Source: the human T2T-CHM13v2.0 reference genome, Homo sapiens
Assembly: GCF_009914755.1 (NCBI RefSeq)
Contig: NC_060925.1
Reading direction: 5' to 3' (one strand)
DNA length: 64,000 nt
Shown here one piece after another: positions 56,201 through 64,000 of this stretch. The first letter of the stretch is position 1; each line of letters begins with the position of its first letter. The position numbers and the translations under genes were made by a program. The notes beneath the pieces are model-generated. The model ran no database searches, was not told the origin of the DNA, and worked only from the letters and a program-made list of their open reading frames with translations.

Positions 56201-59200
56201 AATCATCATCGAATGGAAATGAAAGGAGTCATCATCTAATGGAATTGCATGGAATCATCATAAAATGGAATCGAATGGAATCAACATCAAATGGAATCAA
56301 ATGGAATCATTGAACGGAATTGAATGGAATCGTCATCGAATGAATTGACTGCAATCATCGAATGGTCTCGAATGGAATCATCTTCAAATGGAATGGAATG
56401 GAATCATCGCATAGAATCGAATGGAATTATCATCGAATGGAATCGAATGGAATCAACATCAAACGGAAAAAAACGGAATTATCGAATGGAATCGAAGAGA
56501 ATCATCGAATGGACCCGAATGGAATCATCTAATGGAATGGAATGGAATAATCCATGGACTCGAATGCAATCATCATCGAATGGAATCGAATGGAATCATC
56601 GAATGGACTCGAATGGAATAATCATTGAACGGAATCGAATGGAATCATCATCGGATGGAAATGAATGGAATCATCATCGAATGGAATCGAATAGAATTAT
56701 GGAATGAAATCCAGTGTGATCATCATCGAATGGACCCGAATGGAATCATCATCCAACGGAAGCTAATGGAATCAACATCGAATGAATCAAATGGAAACAC
56801 CACCGAATTGAAACGAATGGAATTACCATGAAATTGAAATGGATGGACTCATCATCGAATGGATTCGAATGGAATCATCGAATAAAATTGATTGAAATCA
56901 TCATCGAATGGAATCGAATGGTATCATTGAATGGAATCGAATGGAATCATCATCAGATGGAAATGAATGGAATCGTCATAGAATGGAATCGAATGGATTC
57001 ATTGAATGGAATCAGATGGAATCATCGAATGGACTGGAATGGAATCATTGAATGGACTCGAAAGGGATCATGATTGAATGGAATTTAATGGAATCATCGA
57101 ATGGTCTCGATTGGAATCATTATCAAATGGAATCAAATGGAATCACCGAATAGAATCGAATGGAACAATCATCGAATGGACTCAAATGGAATTATCCTCA
57201 AATGGAATCGAATGGAATTATCAAATGCAATCGAATGGAATTATCGAATGCAATCGAATAGAATCATCGAATGGACTCGAATGGAATCATCGAATGGAAT
57301 GGAATGGAACAGTCAATGAACTCGAATGGAATCATCATTGAATGGAATCGAATGGAATCATCGAGTGGAATCGAATGGAATTATGATCAAATGGAATCGA
57401 ATGTTATCATCATCAAATGGAATCAAAAATAACCATCATCAATTGGTATTGAATGGAATTGTCATCAAATGGAATTCAAAGGAATCATCATCAAATGGAA
57501 CCGAATGGAATCCTCATTGAATGGAAATGAAAGGGGTCATCATCTAATGGAATTGCATGGAATCATCATCAAATGGAATCGAATGGAATCATCATCAAAT
57601 GGAATCTAATGGAATCATTGAACAGAATTGAATGGAATCGTCATCGAATGAATTGAATGCAATCATCGAATGGTCTCGAATGGAATCATCTTCTAATGGA
57701 AAGGAATGGAATCATCGCATAGAATCGAATGGAATTATCATCGAATGGAATCGAATGGTATCAACACCAAACGGAAAAAAACGGAATTATCGAATGGAAT
57801 CGAAGAGAATCTTCGAACGGACCCGAATGGAATCATCTAATGGAATGGAATGGAATAATCCATGAACTCGAATGCAATCATCATCGAATGGAATCGAATG
57901 GAATCATCGAATGGACTCGAATGGAATAATCATTGAACGGAATCGAATGGAATCATCATCGGATGGAAACGAATGGAATCATCATCGAATGGAAATGAAA
58001 GGAGTCATCATCTAATGGAATTGCATGGAATCATCATAAAATGGAATCGAATGGAATCAACATCAAATGGAATCAAATGGAATCATTGAACGGAATTGAA
58101 TGGAATCGTCATCGAATGAATTGAATGCAATCATCGAATGGTCTCGAATGGAATCATCTTCAAATGGAATGGAATGGAATCATCGCATAGAATCGAATGG
58201 AATTATCATCGAATGGAATCGAATGGAATCAACATCAAACGGAAAAAAACGGAATTATCGAATGGAATCGAAGAGAATCATCGAATGGACCCGAATGGAA
58301 TCATCTAATGTAATGGAATGGAATAATCCATGGACTCGAATGCAATCATCATCGAATGGAATCGAATGGAATCATCGAATGGACTCGAATGGAATAATCA
58401 TTGAACGGAATCGAATGGAATCATCATCGGATGGAAATGAATGGAATCATCATCGAATGGAATCGAATAGAATTATGGAATGAAATCCAGTGTGATCATC
58501 ATCGAATGGACCCGAATGGAATCATCATCCAACGGAAGCTAATGGAATCAACATCGAATGAATCGAATGGAAACACCATCGAATTGAAACGAATGGAATT
58601 ATCATGAAATTGAAATGGATGGACTCATCATCGAATGGATTCGAATGGAATCATCGAATAAAATTGATTGAAATCATCATCGAATGGAATCGAATGGTAT
58701 CATTGAATGGAATCGAATGGAATCATCATCAGATGGAAATGAATGGAATCGTCATAGAATGGAATCGAATGGATTCATTGAATGGAATCAGATGGAATCA
58801 TCGAATGGACTGGAATGGAATCATTGAATGGACTCGAAAGGGATCATTATTGAATGGAATTGAATGGAATCATCGAATGGTCTCGATTGGAATCATTATC
58901 AAATGGAATCGAATGGAATCACCGAATAGAATCGAATGGAACAATCATCGAATGGACTCAAATGGAATTATCCTCCAATGGAATCGAATGGAATTATCGA
59001 ATGCAATCGAATGGAATTATCGAATGCAATCGAATAGAATCATCGAATGGACTCGAATGGAATCATCGAATGGAATGGAATGGAACAGTCAATGAACTCG
59101 AATGGAATCATCATTGAATGGAATCGAATGGAATCATCGAGTGGAATCGAATGGAATTATGATCAAATGGTATCGAATGTAATCATCATCAAATGGAATC

Positions 59201-62200
59201 AAAAATAACCATCATCAATTGGTATTGAATGGAATTGTCATCAAATGGAATTCAAAGGAATCATCATCAAATGGAACCGAATGGAATCCTCATTGAATGG
59301 AAATGAAAGGGGTCATCATCTAATGGAATCGCATGGAATCATCATCAAATGGAATCGAATGGAATCATCATCAAATGGAATCTAATGGAATCATTGAACA
59401 GAATTGAATGGAATCGTCATCGAATGAATTGAATGCAATCATCGAATGGTCTCGAATGGAATCATCTTCTAATGGAAAGGAATGGAATCATCGCATAGAA
59501 TCGAATGGAATTATCATCGAATGGAATCGAATGGTATCAACACCAAACGGAAAAAAACGGAATTATCGAATGGAATCGAAGAGAATCTTCGAACGGACCC
59601 GAATGGAATCATCTAATGGAATGGAATGGAATAATCCATGAACTCGAATGCAATCATCATCGAATGGAATCGAATGGAATCATCGAATGGACTCGAATGG
59701 AATAATCATTGAACGGAATCGAATGGAATCATCATCGGATGGAAACGAATGGAATCATCATCGAATGGAAATGAAAGGAGTCATCATCTAATGGAATTGC
59801 ATGGAATCATCATAAAATGGAATCGAATGGAATCAACATCAAATGGAATCAAATGGAATCATTGAACGGAATTGAATGGAATCGTCATCGAATGAATTGA
59901 ATGCAATCATCGAATGGTCTCGAATGGAATCATCTTCAAATGGAATGGAATGGAATCATCGCATAGAATCGAATGGAATTATCATCGAATGGAATCGAAT
60001 GGAATCAACATCAAACGGAAAAAAACGGAATTATCGAATGGAATCGAAGAGAATCATCGAATGGACCCTAATGGAATCATCTAATGGAATGGAATGGAAT
60101 AATCCATGGACTCGAATGCAATCATCATCCAATGGAATCGAATGGAATCATCGAATGGACTCGAATGGAATAATCATTGAATGGAATCGAATGGAATCAT
60201 CATCGGATGGAAATGAATGGAATCATCATCGAATGGAATCGAATAGAATTATGGAATGAAATCCAGTGTGATCATCATCGAATGGACCCGAATGGAATCA
60301 TCATCCAACGGAAGCTAATGGAATCAACATCGAATGAATCGAATGGAAACACCATCGAATTGAAACGAATGGAATTATCATGAAATTGAAATGGATGGAC
60401 TCATCATCGAATGGATTCGAATGGAATCATCGAATAAAATTGATTGAAATCATCATCGAATGGAATCGAATGGTATCATTGAATGGAATCGAATGGAATC
60501 ATCATCAGATGGAAATGAATGGAATCGTCATAGAATGGAATCGAATGGATTCATTGAATGGAATCAGATGGAATCATCGAATGGACTGGAATGGAATCAT
60601 TGAATGGACTCGAAAGGGATCATTATTGAATGGAATTGAATGGAATCATCGAATGGTCTCGATTGGAATCATTATCAAATGGAATCGAATGGAATCACCG
60701 AATAGAATCGAATGGAACAATCATCGAATGGACTCAAATGGAATTATCCTCCAATGGAATCGAATGGAATTATCGAATGCAATCGAATGGAATTATCGAA
60801 TGCAATCGAATAGAATCATCGAATGGACTCGAATGGAATCATCGAATGGAATGGAATGGAACAGTCAATGAACTCGAATGGAATCATCATTGAATGGAAT
60901 CGAATGGAATCATCGAGTGGAATCGAATGGAATTATGATCAAATGGAATCGAATGTAATCATCATCAAATGGAATCAAAAATAACCATCATCAATTGGTA
61001 TTGAATGGAATTGTCATCAAATGGAATTCAAAGGAATCATCATCAAATGGAACCGAATGGAATCCTCATTGAATGGAAATGAAAGGGGTCATCATCTAAT
61101 GGAATCGCATGGAATCATCATCAAATGGAATCGAATGGAATCATCATCAAATGGAATCTAATGGAATCATTGAACAGAATTGAATGGAATCGTCATCGAA
61201 TGAATTGAATGCAATCATCGAATGGTCTCGAATGGAATCATCTTCTAATGGAAAGGAATGGAATCATCGCATAGAATCGAATGGAATTATCATCGAATGG
61301 AATCGAATGGTATCAACACCAAACGGAAAAAAACGGAATTATCGAATGGAATCGAAGAGAATCTTCGAACGGACCCGAATGGAATCATCTAATGGAATGG
61401 AATGGAATAATCCATGAACTCGAATGCAATCATCATCGAATGGAATCGAATGGAATCATCGAATGGACTCGAATGGAATAATCATTGAACGGAATCGAAT
61501 GGAATCATCATCGGATGGAAACGAATGGAATCATCATCGAATGGAAATGAAAGGAGTCATCATCTAATGGAATTGCATGGAATCATCATAAAATGGAATC
61601 GAATGGAATCAACATCAAATGGAATCAAATGGAATCATTGAACGGAATTGAATGGAATCGTCATCGAATGAATTGACTGCAATCATCCAATGGTCTCGAA
61701 TGGAATCATCTTCAAATGGAATGGAATGGAATCATCGCATAGAATCGAATGGAATTATCATCGAATGGAATCGAATGGAATCAACATCAAACGGAAAAAA
61801 ACGGAATTATCGAATGGAATCGAAGAGAATCATCGAATGGCCCCGAATGGAATCATCTAATGGAATGGAATTGAATAATCGATGGACTCGAATGCAATCA
61901 TCATCGAATGGAATCGAATCGAATCATCGAATGGACTCGAATGGAATAATCATTGAATGGAATCGAATGGAATCATCATCGGATGGAAATGAATGGAATC
62001 ATCATCGAATGGAATCGAATAGAATTATGGAATGAAATCCAGTGTGATCATCATCGAATGGACCCGAATGGAATCATCATCCAACGGAAGCTAATGGAAT
62101 CAACATCGAATGAATCAAATGGAAACACCATCGAATTGAAACGAATGGAATTATCATGAAATTGAAATGGATGGACTCATCATCGAATGGATTCGAATGG

Positions 62201-64000
62201 AATCATCGAATAAAATTGATTGAAATCATCATCGAATGGAATCGAATGGTATCATTGAATGGAATCGAATGGAATCATCATCAGATGGAAATGAATGGAA
62301 TCGTCATAGAATGGAATCGAATGGATTCATTGAATGGAATCAGATGGAATCATCGAATGGACTGGAATGGAATCATTGAATGGACTCGAAAGGGATCATA
62401 ATTGAATGGAATTGAATGGAATCATCGAATGGTCTCGATTGGAATCATTATCAAATGGAATCGAATGGAATCACCGAATAGAATCGAATGGAACAATCAT
62501 CGAATGGACTCAAATGGAATTATCCTCAAATGGAATCGAATGGAATTATCAAATGCAATCGAATGGAATTATCGAATGCAATCGAATAGAATCATCGAAT
62601 GGACTCGAATGGAATCATCGAATGGAATGGAATGGAACAGTCAATGAACTCGAATGGAATCATCATTGAATGGAATCGAATGGAATCATCGAGTGGAATC
62701 GAATGGAATTATGATCAAATGGAATCGAATGTTATCATCATCAAATGGAATCAAAAATAACCATCATCAATTGGTATTGAATGGAATTGTCATCAAATGG
62801 AATTCAAAGGAATCATCATCAAATGGAACCGAATGGAATCCTCATTGAATGGAAATGAAAGGGGTCATCATCTAATGGAATCGCATGGAATCATCATCAA
62901 ATGGAATCGAATGGAATCATCATCAAATGGAATCTAATGGAATCATTGAACAGAATTGAATGGAATCGTCATCGAATGAATTGTATGCAATCATCGAATG
63001 GTCTCGAATGGAATCATCTTCTAATGGAAAGGAATGGAATCATCGCATAGAATCGAATGGAATTATCATCGAATGGAATCGAATGGTATCAACACCAAAC
63101 GGAAAAAAAACGGAATTATCGAATGGAATCGAAGAGAATCTTCGAACGGACCCGAATGGAATCATCTAATGGAATGGAATGGAATAATCCATGAACTCGA
63201 ATGCAATCATCATCGAATGGAATCGAATGGAATCATCGAATGGACTCGAATGGAATAATCATTGAACGGAATCGAATGGAATCATCATCGGATGGAAACG
63301 AATGGAATCATCATCGAATGGAAATGAAAGGAGTCATCATCTAATGGAATTGCATGGAATCATCATAAAATGGAATCGAATGGAATCAACATCAAATGGA
63401 ATCAAATGGAATCATTGAACGGAATTGAATGGAATCGTCATCGAATGAATTGACTGCAATCATCCAATGGTCTCGAATGGAATCATCTTCAAATGGAATG
63501 GAATGGAATCATCGCATAGAATCGAATGGAATTATCATCGAATGGAATCGAATGGAATCAACATCAAACGGAAAAAAACGGAATTATCGAATGGAATCGA
63601 AGAGAATCATCGAATGGACCCGAATGGAATCATCTAATGGAATGGAATGGAATAATCCATGGACTCGAATGCAATCATCATCGAATGGAATCGAATGGAA
63701 TCATCGAATGGACTCGAATGGAATAATCATTGAACGGAATCGAATGGAATCATCATCGGATGGATATGAATGGAATCATCATCGAATGGAATCGAATAGA
63801 ATTATGGAATGAAATCCAGTGTGATCATCATCGAATGGACCCGAATGGAATCATCATCCAACGGAAGCTAATGGAATCAACATCGAATGAATCAAATGGA
63901 AACACCATCGAATTGAAACGAATGGAATTATCATGAAATTGAAATGGATGGACTCATCATCGAATGGATTCGAATGGAATCATCGAATAAAATTGATTGA

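Larger units (their letters stand above)
1..64000 (+). repeat. Human satellite II (HSat2/HSATII) tandem array, ~1.776-kb unit, probably chr1q12 pericentromeric heterochromatin
   Basis: Continuous diverged GAATG pentamers interleaved with ATC triplets, giving the ~23/26-bp HSat2 motif (GAATGGAATC-GAATGGAATCATC[ATC]; reverse complement rich in CATTCGATTC). TCGA and GAATC sites are dense. The landmark period is 1775-1777 bp. Family identity is high confidence; the chromosome assignment is recalled from the known 1.77-kb EcoRI chr1 repeat and was not verified. Confidence 0.96.

Noticed and set aside
157-63936. Over 200 short + strand ORFs (MESSSNEL..., MKLKWMD..., up to 163 aa)
   Set aside because: They are translations of GAATG/ATC repeats. 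They overlap in all three frames, are low complexity, and are freely broken by stops and frameshifts between copies. There is no sign of coding constraint.
1-64000. CRISPR-like repeat/spacer or diversity-generating array
   Set aside because: There are no unique spacers and no cas or RT genes. All intervening sequence is itself satellite.
1-64000. HSat3 or alpha satellite identity
   Set aside because: Pure (GGAAT)n runs are at most about 4 copies and ATCATCG motifs dominate, which is the HSat2 pattern. There is no 171-bp period or CENP-B box.
1-64000. Embedded insertion (Alu/L1/viral) or inversion
   Set aside because: None was seen on reading. All landmark spacings are fully explained by satellite-internal gains and losses, and the strand orientation never flips.

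Overview
The whole 64-kb window is one uninterrupted, single-orientation block of human classical satellite II (HSat2/HSATII). The GAATG/GGAATCATC strand is on + throughout, and I saw no unique sequence, transposon, gene, RNA gene or strand switch. The period is about 1776 bp with normally one EcoRI site per unit, which fits the 1.77-kb HSat2 array of the chromosome 1q12 pericentromere (pUC1.77 / HSat2A-type); this assignment is recalled from the literature, not searched. All listed ORFs are artefacts of translating a repeat. The real information is in the array architecture. Spacing of one landmark (ATGAAATTGAAATGGATGG) runs 1775,1775,1776,1923,1298,1776,1923,1308,1776,1285,1776,1923,2218,2244,1776,2986,1776,1777,1776,1776,2839,1776,2839,2839,2839,2839,1777,1776,1776,1776,1776,1777. 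These lengths decompose into a few rearrangements: gain or loss of a 468-bp internal subunit, +442, +147, -713, and small slippages. Together they build two local higher-order repeats (about 5.0 kb and 2839 bp), two SNP-defined domains meeting near 28.5 kb, and several long-range paralogous patches. I found no evidence of a novel protein-coding or defence-type system.
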